A stretch of 64,000 bases of DNA from Mobula hypostoma (taxonomy: Eukaryota): assembly GCF_963921235.1 (NCBI RefSeq), contig NC_086097.1:117864001-117928000 (forward strand), written 5' to 3'. Each line of letters opens with the position of its first letter. Positions within the stretch are counted from its first letter, which is position 1. Made by a program: the position numbers and the translations under genes. This document shows positions 26,371-38,842 of the stretch, one piece after another. The notes beneath the pieces are model-generated. The model was not told the DNA's origin, searched no databases, and saw nothing but the letters and a program-made list of their open reading frames with translations.

Positions 26371-26685
26371 ATATAATTTCAATGTTTCCAGGTAATACGA
26401 AATTGTGTAAACCATTTAAAGCAGCAGGAGACCAATGGATGATATAATGGGCATAATCTTTGCAAATTAAATATGATGAAACAATGCATTTGATAGAATA
26501 ATTGGAGAGAGTTTACTTTCTATCATTTGAAGCATATTTTCTACCTTATGGAGGTACAAGTTGGACCTTAGATTGAGGTTAATATAAACAGAAAATGCAT
26601 TATCAGCAACTGATATTCTCAGCTGCCTGACATGCTCTGGTTTCTCACTAGTGATGGCACACAGGTGTTCAGCTGCAGAGCCTTA

Positions 26686-27230
26686 AGGCTGATTTATCCT
26701 TGTACGTACCAGCTTACGCCATAGCCTACGCAAGTGGGCTACGCCGTTGTGAGCATTTATACTTGTGCGTTAGTGTGTCTGCGTCTCTCTGCAATTCGGG
26801 CACATACACACGTGTGCATGTCACGTATTCGCACGTCACACATATGCACACACCTGCCCATACAAGGCTTCATGGTCATGGTAGTCTTTCTCGGGGTAAA
26901 CAAGTTTAAAATGAGTGTCTTTTTTCGTAAAAGTGAAATGTGTCCTCCATAATTTCGGAGGTCTGTAAAGCTTTATTGAAAGCATTGCAGCCAGAGTTCC
27001 TTCCCTGCCCTTCAGTCGCCCAATGGCAACCCATTGCAGCGTAGGAGGAAATGCGATGCTACCAAATGGATCAATCACAGTTTTTGCGGTCTGCGTTGCC
27101 GCGATGCGTAGTTACATTTTGGGAGAGGTGCGCATCAGGCTACGGCGTAGGGATCCGCATAGGCACTGCATAGGGTTCACGGCTATGCCATACCTACGGC
27201 ATCGATTTACACACAAGTATAAATCAGCCT
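26686..27230. mobile_element. PIF/Harbinger-type MITE
   Basis: TIRs AGGCTGATTTATCCTTGT ... ACAAGTATAAATCAGCCT with a 3-bp TTA TSD (26683-85, 27231-33). Confidence 0.85.
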
Positions 27231-28209
27231 TTACTGTCCCTCTTCTCGATACCACGATGTGATGAATGTCTTTTAGCTTTCACAAGAAGGTAAAAGCAAG
27301 TTCCCCAGGTTTCTGCTTTGAATATTGAGGTATCCTGGCCTGTAATAAGTTAAATTTCAGAGTAGCATGCAGTAAGCTAAATTTTATTTAGGGCTGACAA
27401 AGGCTGTTCTACCTGTGATTACTCTTCTCATGAACCAGCAACACATTGCTTCTTTTGAAATTGGAATGTCGGATGTTTATCAGAATGAGGATGACTATTT
27501 TGCATTTACTGTTGAAAACCATATAAGAGAGAAGAGGCTTTTATTTAAAGATTGCATAATTGGAGCCTTACTCCTACGGAGGAATGCAGATTCCGTACTA
27601 GTAAACTTAATGATTGGCCAAACTACAGACCCAGGAGCAAATGCAATTGCATCTTGTGTCCATTCAGTGACAGCAGAACATTAATTGGGGACTCTGTGAG
27701 TTGGAGCGTAATATTTCTTGAGGCTGAGTGGACATGATGCATTGACAGATGCAAACCGGAGGAAGTTTATTGACGAAGGAGGATGATGACTGGACTTGCA
27801 AATCCAGGTTAAGTAGGAATAATTTAATGGTGCAAAACTGAATAGTCAGGTGTGTGATATCTGTGGAATACATGCGTACATGTCTGCTTTCACATGGTAA
27901 AGGAAATAGCATGTTCACTGGACTACTCCTCCAATGACATAATTTTATATTCCACCAAGAAATCCAAATTCAGTAAATGAAACAACATTAGAATAAAAAC
28001 AGGTGCCAGAGCCAACTAGATTTATGTGACTAAAATATTAGTTGAGTAAAAGCCTAAGGGGAGACACCACTACCATTCTTCCCAATGTGGACTCCAATAT
28101 GACACATGGCTGACTTTTATAGCTGCTCTCAAATGGCATAAAGAGCCATTCAATTTTGGGGAGATTGGAGATGATAATCAACACTTAACACACTAGTGAT
28201 ATTAGATCA

Positions 28210-28735
28210 GAGTTCAAAGTAAATTTATTATCAAAGTACATATATATCACCACATACCGAACTACCCTGAGATTCATTTTCTTGCAGACATTCACAGTAG
28301 AACAAAGAAATACAATAGAATGAATGAAAACCTACACACAAAGACTGACAAACAACCAATGCACAAAAGAAGTCAATCTGTGCAAAGGCAATAAATAAAT
28401 AATACAGAGAACAGGAGTTGTAGAGTCCTTGAAAGTGAATCCATAGGTCGTGTAATCAGTTCAGAGTTGAGGTGAATGAAGCTATCTGTGTTGGTTCAAG
28501 AGCTTGACGGTTGAAGGGTAATCAACCTGTCCCTAAACCTGGTGGTGTCGGTCCTAAGGCTATTGTAAATTCTTCCCAATGGCAGTAGTGAGAAGTGAGC
28601 ATGGTCTGGATGGTGGGGTCTTTGATGATGGATGCTGCTTTCTTGTGGCAGCTCTCCTTGTAGAGTTGACCTTTTCCTGTGACTGGGCTGTATCCATTAC
28701 TTTTTGTGGGCTCTTCCATACTTGACCATTGGTGG
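28210..28735 (-). mobile_element. Rex1-type LINE 3' fragment
   Basis: CHKKAASIIKDP motif; tail matches the reverse complement of the 15100 region. Confidence 0.75.
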
Positions 28736-31059
28736 CACAAATAAATGAAAATCTCCAAACCCTGTATCGACATTTCAGCTTCTCCTGCTGCTACAGCTGA
28801 ATCTCTCTCCTACTTTTAACAATTCCCTGCTGCATAATTGGAGTCCAGGCTGAAGCATATCTTACTTCTCCTCTCAACAGTGGGTCCTTCAACCTGTTTC
28901 TTCTGATTGTCCTTTAAATATTGGTAAATCACAAAAAATCCTTATCCTATGACTTTATGATTCCTGTCACCATTGCTTTGAATGAAATCCCTGAAAGAAA
29001 GTAATAATGTTATGGTTGTATTATAAGATAGTAAAAAAAAACACTGAACTTACTTCTGGGTTTCCTGCATAATACTAGGCCAAGCACACTGTTTGCTTCA
29101 GCCATCATTTAAATAACCCATTGAATGTTAATATTAACCAGCAGTCTTTCCCTTTCACCTGTGGGTCTGCCAAACCATAAAGCTTGTAATTTAATCTGTT
29201 CACTTGCCATTGATGTGTGGCTAGTGAAAATAAACTAGAAATGTTCTTGAAACTTTTTTCTGGGTAGTTGAGCTTTCGATCTCCCGTACTCATGGCCTGA
29301 AGAAGAGACAGTTATAACCATGGCCACTCATGCGGAGATCTTGCTGATATCATACTCTCTCTTCTGACAGTGCCAAGCTGAACCAAAACACCGACAGCCA
29401 TCACTTTAACAAAACTAGGCAGCAATAGCGGTAAAATTGAAGCATCTATCACAAACACCTTACAATTGTGAAATCAGGTACAGATTTGATATTTCAATCA
29501 TATCAGCAACCCTTGACAACAATGTCTTTCCACTGCACCCTGTCATCAGGCAAAATATCCACTTTTCAACTTCAAGTTCAGTTTTATTGCCGTTCAATCA
29601 TTTCCATGTACATTGTCAAATGAAGCAACGTTCCTCTGGACCAAGGTGCACAACACAGTACTTATCGAAATTGACACTATCTACGAACCTCCAAGAGCCA
29701 AAGAAATGTGAGTCAATAGAATTCAAAGGTCAACTGAGGACCGAGGCAAGTGAACAGGAGTCTAGATAAATGCAAGCACTCCCAGAGAGAAGCACCAACA
29801 ACAGTGCACTGAGGATGTCACCTCGACTGGTGATGAAAAGTCTGCAAGTTAGTTGCCAAGCTCGGCGACCACCATTGAGCACCTCAATCCAAGCTACCAA
29901 TATTTGCCACCATCCTAGACAGTACATATAAATGACACATAACACATAAAGTTATCTTACCTAATAAAGTGTCTTCCAAAAGATTGGCACAAGGCGTATT
30001 CGTGACACAAGTCAAAAAATAAATGTTATAGTGCTACTGTCCTGGTGGAAGAAGCTCAAAATTTAATAGCCACTCTGAATGTATTATCACTCAACCCTCC
30101 TTGTGAAGAACATCTGCTGAGAAATTCAGCCCATATTTTGTAGCAATAAATGCGTGACATGACAACATTAGCCCATTCTACCCCACTTCAGAAATTCAGC
30201 AGCTATAATACTTGAAACTAGCTTTCAAAGAGGGTGTATAATACACTATCATCCTACATGCAATGCTTATTTGGAATTTCAATACCAATATGTATTATCC
30301 ATTCTTTGCTGTCCACATCCAGCAACATTTCCATTACCTTCCTTCTTCCTAATTTCCTGCTTCGTCCTTCCTGCCTGCTATCATTTGTAGCTCCTGGCAA
30401 TTCTCACACAACCATCTCAACTACTGATCATTGCAACTCTCCCTAAGGCTTTCACGACCTACAATCTTGTGACGAGTGCTTTAGCATGTCCATCTTGTTA
30501 CTTTTCCTTAATCCTCTCATGATTGTGTTTTCCCCCATTCCTCGAGCCCCCAATGCCGTCTGCTGCTCCTCTCTTCCTCACTCCTGTATCCTTTAAATAC
30601 TTGCTGTCACCTCTATTACACTTTTGCTTCTACTGCCTTCTCTTCGGTCTTCCTCATCAAATCATATTTCTTACTCAATGAAACAAAAGCAGATCCTGGA
30701 AATGTTAAATAAACAGAGCAGAAGATGCTGCAGAGGTTGAAAGATAAACAAGAGTTACCATTTCAGGTTTAAGGTTTTGATGCAGCTTTATTGATCTGAA
30801 ATATTTATTCTGAATCATTTTCTGCAGGTGCTGCCTGACCTGATCAGCATTTCCAGCGTTTCCAACACATCTTATTTCTATTTTACACTTGTTTCTCCTC
30901 GTTCCATGGAATTTTCCTTATCAATTTCCTCTTTCCTTTATCTTTTAGGAAGAGGGCGATGTCTAGTATAATGCAGTTGCAATGACAGCCCATTAATAAC
31001 AGAGACAGAGATATCAACTCTTGAAATATCAAATTTGAATTTAGACTGATAAATTCAAA

Positions 31060-31260
31060 CAAGAGAAAATCTGCAGTTGCTGGAAATCCAAGCAACACAC
31101 ACAAAATGCTGGAGGAACTCAGCAGGCCAGGCAGCTTCTATGGAAAAGAGAGTACAGCCAAAGCTTCCAACCAAGACCCTTCATCACGATGGAGAAAAAA
31201 GATGCGAAGGGTCAAAGGGCAGCAGAGATCACAGAAGGAGGGAAAGAGAGGAAGTAGGCA
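31060..31260 (-). mobile_element. Penelope-like terminal repeat fragment
   Basis: ACACAAAATGCTGGAGGAACTCAGCAGGCCAGGCAGC motif; degenerate hammerhead-like motif at about 31160-31190. Confidence 0.65.
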
Positions 31261-31274
31261 GATAGCTATATAAA

Positions 31275-31965
31275 AGTTCAAAGTAAATTTTATTATCAAA
31301 TTATTATATGTCATCATTTACAACCCTTAGATTCATTTTCCTGTGGGCATTCTCAGCAGATCTATAGAGTAATAACTGTAACAGGATCAATGAAAGATCA
31401 ACCAGAGTGTAGAAGATAACAAACTATGCAAATGTAAATATAAATAAATAGCAATAAATAATGAGAACATGAGGTAATGAGATAAAGAGTCCCTAAAGTG
31501 AGATCATTGGCTGTGGGAACATTTCAATAATGAGGCAAATGAATGTAGCTATCCTCTTTTATTCAGGAACCTGATGGTTGAAGGGTAGTAACTGTTCTTG
31601 AACATGGTGGTGTGAATCCTGTGCTCTCGTACTTTCTACCTGATGGCAGCAGTGAGAAGAGAACATGACCTGGGTGGCGGCGATCTCTGATGATGGACGC
31701 CTCTTTTGTATAACAGTGTTTTATGTAGACGTGCTTACTGGTTGGGAGGGCTTTACCCATGATGTACTGGGCCAAATCATTACCTTTTAGAAGATTTTCC
31801 ATTCAAATTAATTACATTTCCATATCAGGCTGTGATGCAGCCAGTGGCTTCACTCTCCACTTACATTTATAGAAGTTTGTCAAAGTTTAGATGCCATGCC
31901 GAGTCTCCACAGACTCCTTTGGAAGTAGAGGTGCTGCCGAGCTTTCTTCACAATTGCGCTTACCT
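31275..31965 (-). mobile_element. Rex1-type LINE 3' fragment
   Basis: AQYIMGKALP..HPGHVLFSLLPSGRKY; similar to 14600-15120. Confidence 0.8.
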
Positions 31966-31981
31966 GCACTTACAGGTCACT

Positions 31982-32003
31982 GATAGATAGATAGATAGAT
32001 AGA
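31982..32003 (+). repeat. (GATA)n microsatellite
   Basis: gatagatagatagatagataga. Confidence 0.9.
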
Positions 32004-32896
32004 TAGTTAGAGAAATGGAAATGGCTGTTGGACTGCTGGGATTTCCTCCAGCAGTGTGTACATCGGTTCACTCTGTGGTTAATAAGTATGCTTTGTATTC
32101 ATTCATTGGGTAGTTTTCACAGTGGTTAATGAGCAGTTTTCATATCATCCTAATAAAATGGTGTCTTTATAACCTTCGACATGCGTTCTGCATCTCCTTT
32201 GTTTGTGAATGCCTCTGGCTGCTGAATCAGAAAAGCACAAGGAGAAAGTTTTAAAATATTTTCATTATGACAGTGCTGAGAGACAGCTCCGCTGTTAGAA
32301 ATAAGATCTTTAGGATTCAACATTTAAACTGAAGTTGCATCTTGTCTCCCAGGTAGATTTGATATATTCCATGGCACCAGTTGAGAAAGAGTGGAGTAGT
32401 TGCCATGGCATCCTAGCAAATATGAAGCCCTCAACATGCATCACTCAGAGCTATCTTTCCAGAAAATCTTTGTTTCACTGCAAGTACGACACTGAGCTTC
32501 CTATCATCTATTACTTCAATACTCCGCCTTTCTGCCACTCTGATCTCTCTGCCTAAAGCTTCCACACAATTCTAATGATTCACTTGTGATTTTGATATTC
32601 TGATTTTTGTCTTTTCTGGACCAATCTTTTATTTCCATACTTATTCTATGACAATTCTTTTTGCTTTATCATCATCATTTCTATAAGTGGTGCATTTTAT
32701 TGTTTGAACTAATTTTAATCTACCTGGAAAACAAAAGCCACAAAAAAAGTTATTAGTTTTGTACCCTGTTTGATTTCTATCTATAGAAAGGGTTGAAGAT
32801 CTGTCTGAAATATGTGAATGGTGGATAGGTGGGAGAGATCTTGTTTTGTTGTTGTTACTGCTCATGCTGTTCTGTGGAACATTATGGGATTGCTAC

Positions 32897-35800
32897 GGTG
32901 GTCATGGATTGATACCTGGAAGTATGACGAGGTAGCTATTAGTGAAACATGGTTACAGGAGGGGTTTGATTGGCAACTAAATATTCCTGGATTTCATTGC
33001 TTCAGGTGTGATAGAATCAGAGGGACAAGAGGGGGAGGTGTTGCATTGCTTGCCAGAGAAAATATTACAGCGGTGCTCTGGCAGGATAGATTAGAGGGCT
33101 CGTCTAGGGAGGCTATTTGGGTGGAACTCAGGAATGGGAAGATTGTAGTAATATTTATGAGGGTGTATTATAGACCACCAAAAGGGCTGGATGGTTTGGA
33201 GTTTGTAAAATGTGTGCAGGATAGACTTTTGCAGCAGTACATAGAGATACCAACTAGAGAAGAGGCAGTATTGGATCTCCTGTTAGGGAATGAGATAGGT
33301 CAGGTGACAGAGGTTTGTGTTGGGGAGCACTTCTGGTTCAGTGATCAGAATGCTATAAGTTTCAATATAATTATGGAGAAGGATAGGTCTGGACCCAGGG
33401 TTGAGATTTTTGATTTGAGAAAGGCTAACTTTAAGGAGATGTGAAAGGATTTAGAAGGAGTGGATTGGGACAATTTGATTTATGGGAAGAATGTAATAGA
33501 GAAATGGAGGTTATTTAAAGGTGAAATTTTGAGGGTACAGAATCTTTATGTTCCTGTTAGGTTGAAAGGAAAAGTTAAAAGTTTGAGAGAGCCATGGTTT
33601 TCAAGGGACATTGGAAACTTGGTTCAAAAAAAGAGAGATCGCTACAATAAATATAAGCAGCATGGAGTAAATGAGGTGCTCGAGGAATATAGAGAATGTA
33701 AAAAGAATCTTAAGAAAGAAATTAGACAAGCTAAAAGAAGATATGAGGTTGCTTTGGCAAGTAAGGTGAAAATAAATCCCAAGGGTTTCTACAGTTATAT
33801 TAATAGAAAAGGATAGTGAGGATCAGCAAATTTGCTGATGATACAAAGATTGGAGGCGTAGTGGACAGTGAGGAAGGTTTTCAGAGCCTGCAAAGGGACT
33901 TGGACCAGCTGGAAAAATGGGCTGAAAAATGGCAGATGGAGTTTAATACAGACAAGTGTGAGGTATTGCACGTTGGAAGGACAAACCAAGGTAGAACATA
34001 CAGGGTTAATGGTAAGGCACTGAGGAGTGCCGTAGAACAGAGGGATCTGGGAATACAGATACAACATTCCCTAAAAGTGGCGTCACAAATAGATAGGGTC
34101 GTAAAGAGAGCTTTTGGTACATTGGCCTTTATTAATCAAAGTATCGAGTATAAGAGCTGGAATGTTATGGTGAGGTTGTATAAGGCATTGGTGAGGCCGA
34201 ATCTGGAGTATTGTGTTCAGTTTTGGTCACCAAATTACAGGAAGGATATAAATAAGGTTGAAAGAGTGCAGAGATGGTTTACAAGGATGTTGCCAGGACT
34301 TGAGAAACTCAGTTACAGAGAAAGCTTGAATAGGTTAGGACTTCATTCCCTGGAGCGTAGAAGAATGAGGGGAGATTTGATAGAGGTATATAAAATTATG
34401 ATGGGTATAGAGTGAATGCAAGTCAGGCTTTTTCCACTGAGGCAAGGGGAGAAAAAAACCAGAGGACATGGGTTAAGGGTGAGGGGGGAAAAGTTTAAAG
34501 GGAATATTAGTGGGGGCTTCTTCACATGGAGAGTGGTGGGAGTATGGAATGAGCTGCCAGACAAGGTGGTAAATGCGGGTTCTTTTTTAACATTTAAGAA
34601 TAAGTTGGACAGATACATAGATGGGAGGTGTATGGAGGGATATGGTCCGTGTGCACGTCAGTGGGACTAGGCAGAAAATGGTTCGGCACAGCCAAGAAGG
34701 GCCAAAAGGCCTGTTTCTGTGCTGTAGTTTCTATGGTTTCTATGGCTTCTATGGATAAAATTGGTCCCTTAGAGAAACGGAGTGGACAACTATGTGTGGA
34801 GCCAAAAGAGATTGAGGAAATTCTGAATAATTTTTTTTCTTCAGTATTCATGAAGGAGAAGGATATTGAATTGTGTGAGATAAGGGAAACAGGTAGAGAG
34901 ACTATGATGATTAATGAAGATGAAGTACTGGCACTTTTAAGGAATATAAAAGTGGCTAAGTCTCCGGGTCCTGACAGGATATTCCCTAAGACCTTGAGGG
35001 AAGTTAGTGTGGAAATAGCAGGGGCTCTGACAGAAATATTTCAAATGTCATTAGAAACGGGGATGATGCCGGAGGATTGGCGTATTGCTCATGTTTTTCC
35101 ATTGTTTAAAAAAGGTTCTAACAGTAAATCTAGCAATTATCAGCCTGTGAGTTTGACGTCAGTGGTGGGTAAATTGATGGAAAGTATTCTTAGAGATGGT
35201 ATATATAATTATCTCGATAGACAGGGTCTGCGTAGGAACAGTCAACATGGATTTGTGCATGGAAGGTCATGTTTGACATATCTTATTGAATTTTTTGAAG
35301 AGGTTACAGGGAAAGATGACGACGTTTAAGCGGTGGATGTTGTCTATATGGACTTCAGTAAGGCCTTTGACAAGGTTCCACACGGAAGGTTAGTTAGGAA
35401 GGGTCAATCGTTAGGTATTAATATTGAAGTAGTAAAATGGATTCAGCAGTGGCTGGATGGGAGACTTCAGAGAGTAGTGGTGGATAATTGTTTGTCAGAT
35501 TGGAGGCCGGTGACTAGTGGTGTGCCTCAGGGATCTGTACTGGGTCCAATATTGTTTGTCATATACATTAATGATCTGGATGATGGGGTGGTAAATTGGA
35601 TGAGTAAGTATGCAGATGATACTAAGATAGGTGGAGTCGTGGATAATGAAGTAGGTTTTCAAAGCTTGCAGAGAGATTTAGGCCAGTTAGAAGAGTGGGC
35701 TGACAGATGGCAGATGGAGCTTAATGCTGATAAATGTGAGGTGCTATATTTTGGTAGGACTAATCGAAATAGGATATACATGGTAAGTGGTAGGGCATTG

Positions 35801-36545
35801 AAGAATGCAGTGGAACAGAGGGATCTAGGAATAATGGTGCATAGTTCCCTGAAGGTGGAATCTCATGTGGATAGGGTGGTGAAGACAGCTTTTGGTATGC
35901 TGGCCTTTATAAATCAGAGCATTGAGTATAGGAGTTGGGATGTAATGTTGAAATTGTACAAGGCATTGGTGAGGCCAAATTTGGAGTATTGTGTTCAGTT
36001 TTGGTCACCAAATTATAGGAAAGATGTCAATAGAGTGTCAATGTCAAAATAGAGAGAGTACAGAGCAGATTTACTAGAATGTTACCTGGGTTTCCTCACC
36101 TAAGTTACAGAGAAAGGTTGAACAAGTGGGGACTTTATTCTTTGGAACATAGAATGTTGAGGGGGAACTTAATAGAGGTATTTAAAATTATGAGGGGGAT
36201 AGATAGAGTTAACATGGATAGTCTTTTTCCATTGAGAGTGGGGGAGATTCAAACAAGAGGACATGAGTTGAGAGTTAAAGAGTAAAAGTTTAGAGGTAAC
36301 ATGATGGGGAACTTCTGTACTCAGAGAGTGGTAGCTATGTGGAATGAGCTTCCAGCAGAAGCGGTTGAGGTAGGTTCGATGTTGTCATATAAAGTTAAAT
36401 TGGACAGCTATATGGACAGGAAAGGAATGGAGGGTTATGGGTTGAGTGCAGGTCGGTGGGACTAGGTGAGAGTAAGAGTTCGGCATGGACTAGAAGGGCC
36501 GAGATGGCCTGTTTCCATGCTGTAATTGTTATATGGTTATATGGA
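32897..36545 (+). mobile_element. CR1 LINE ORF2 (APE endonuclease and RT), decayed; hosts a second CR1
   Basis: VAISETWL, RCDR..RGGGVALL, YYRPP, then RT motifs (KAFDKVPH, KYADDTK); (GTTATATG)n tail. Confidence 0.92.
33820..34752 (+). mobile_element. CR1 of a different subfamily nested in the 32897-36545 CR1
   Basis: Starts at ISKFADDTK and ends in a (TTCTATGG)n tail; host sequence resumes (DKIGPL); GGAT at both junctions. Confidence 0.9.
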
Positions 36546-36639
36546 GTCTGTAGCAACACTTGCTTGGCTGAGCTGGTTATTAACACAAACATCATGTTTC
36601 ACTGTATTTTTCATTTATATTTATTGACGTACATCGCAG

Positions 36640-36882
36640 AATAGACCTTTCTGGCCCTTTGAGCCATGCCACCTGGCAATCCGTCGATTTATTCCTAGCC
36701 TAATCACAGGGCAATTTACAATGACCAATTACCCTGCCTACTAATACGCTTTTAGACTTTGGGAGGAAACCCACACGGTCACAGGGAGAGCATGCGGACT
36801 CCTTACAGGCAGCGGCAGGAGTTGAACCCAGGTCGCTAGCATTGTAAAGAATTGTGCTAACCACTACACTGTAGTGCTGCCA
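36640..36882 (-). mobile_element. V-SINE/HE1-like tRNA SINE
   Basis: A box TAGTGGTTAGC, B box GGTTCAACTCC and the V-domain-like core GTGGGTTTCCTCCC on the minus strand. Confidence 0.75.
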
Positions 36883-37319
36883 TGTTTTGATGTATATTAG
36901 AGAAATAAGTCCGAATCTGCATCTGAATTTTTAATATATTCTTTCCTCCCATTCACACTCTCCTTGTATCATAAAACATGTCTTATTTATTGCCCTTGTA
37001 ATAGTTAAGAACATTTCTAAGGGAACAAGTAAACAGGAGTTGCTGGAAATCAAAGCAAATCCATGAAGAATGCAGCAGTCAATAATTCAGATCAATAATG
37101 CCTCATTATTTATTGCTAAAGCTGTGGAACAAAGCAGAAAGGTTGGGCAGGCTAAGACTGTGTTTCTTGAAGCTTAGAAGACCAAGAGATGCTCTTACAA
37201 AGGTTATGTAAAATCATGAGGGGCAGAGACAGGGCGAATGTACAGAGTCTATTTTTCCCAGGGAAAGGGAATTGAAAGTTAAAGACATACTGTAGACTTA
37301 AGGTGAAAGGGTAAGGTTA

Positions 37320-38205
37320 AAAGTTCAAAGTAACTTTATTATGAAATTACATATATGTCACCATATGCAACAATGAGATTCATTTCCTTGTGGGCATATT
37401 CAGCAAACCTCTAGAATGGTAACTATAACTGGATCAATGAAATATCAACCAGAGTGCAGAAGACAACAAACTATGCAAATGCAAATAAACAGTAAGTAAA
37501 TTGTAATAAATAATGAGAACATGAAATAATGAGATATAGAGTCCTTAAAGTGAGATCATTGGTTGTAGGAACACGTCTTTTCTTTTTGTTTGCGCGTGCC
37601 TGCGTGCATGCAAGTCTGTACATGTGCGTCTGCATGTCCGTGCGTGTGTCCGTGATGATGTCGTTTTTATGGCGTGGAGCGAGAGAGAGATACTGTGTGT
37701 CACGCCACTCCTCACACAGTCATTTTCGCCGTATTTTGCCTTTATTTTACGAGGTCGAGTTGCGATCTCGACACTCAACCCGGGAGCGGACCTGACTAGT
37801 TTCAAACCCGGGAACCTCCGCTCCTGGGTCCAATGCTGATGTCGTTGCACCACCAGCCGGCCCAATTGTAGGAACATTTCAATGATGGGGCAAGTGGGTG
37901 TAGTTATCCCCTTTTATTGAAGAGCTTATTGGTTGAGAGGCAGCAACTGTTCTTGAACCTGGCGGTGTGAGTCCTGAGGCATTTGTACCTTCGATCTGAT
38001 GGCAGCAGCGAGAACCAAGCATGACCTGGCTGGTAATGATCTCGGATGATGGATGCTGCTTTCTTCCAACACTGTTTCGTGTAGATGTACTTAATGTTGG
38101 CAATGCTTTACCCCTGATATACTGGGCTAAATCCACTACTTTTTTGTAAGATTTTCCATTCAAAGGCATTGTTATTTCCATACCAGGCTGTGATGCAGCC
38201 AGTCA
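37320..38205 (-). mobile_element. Rex1-type LINE 3' fragment inserted in an old CR1 fragment (about 37140-38400)
   Basis: VVDLAQYIRGKALP; similar to 31275-31965; CR1 sequence on both sides. Confidence 0.8.
37574..37865 (-). mobile_element. Young tRNA-derived SINE with 11-bp TSD
   Basis: TSD TTGTAGGAACA at 37563-37573 and 37866-37876; A-box-like TGGTGCAACG, B-box-like GGTTTGAAAC; A-rich tail. Confidence 0.85.
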
Positions 38206-38406
38206 GACAGAAACCTGAGAGACAATTTCTTCACACAGTGGGTGGTGTGTATATGGAATGAGGTGCCAACGTAAGTGATTCAGGCAGGTCCAATAACAAC
38301 ATTTAAAAGACATTTAGTCAGGTACATGGTGAGGAAAGGATTAGAGAAATATCGGTCAAACACTGGCAAGTGGGAGAAGCTTAGATGAGTGTTTTGGTTA
38401 GCAGTG

Positions 38407-38842
38407 GTAAGACTGGATGAACTGGGCTTGTACTCGTTGGAATTTAGAAGATTGAGGGGGGATCTGATTGAAACGTATAAGATCCTAAAGGGATTGGACA
38501 GGCTAGATGCAGGAAGATTGTTCCCGATGTTGGGGAAGTCCAGAACAAGGGGTCACAGTTTGAGGATAGAGGGGAAGCCTTTTAGGACCGAGATTAGGAA
38601 AAACTTCTTCACACAGAGAGTGGTGAATCTGTGGAATTCTCTGCCACAGGAAACTGTTGAGGCCAGTTCATTGGCTATGTTTAAGAGGGAGTTAGATATG
38701 GCCCTTGTGGCTACGGGGATCAGGGGGTATGGAGGGAAGGCTGGGTTCTGAGTTGGATGATCAGCCATGATCATAATAAATGGCGGTGCAGGCTCGAAGG
38801 GCCGAATGGCCTACTCCTGCACCTATTTTCTATGTTTCTATG
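38407..38842 (+). mobile_element. Short CR1 copy (~440 bp)
   Basis: ORF 38389..38751; very similar to 10798-11243. Confidence 0.95.

Noticed and set aside
29105..29310. Possible minus-strand exon (TCTTCTTCAG|GCCATG)
   Set aside because: Acceptor-like site only; no recognisable peptide, convincing donor or partner exons.
32560..32745. Possible minus-strand exon after TTTTGTTTTCCAG
   Set aside because: The frame stops after about 27 codons and resembles nothing I recognise.
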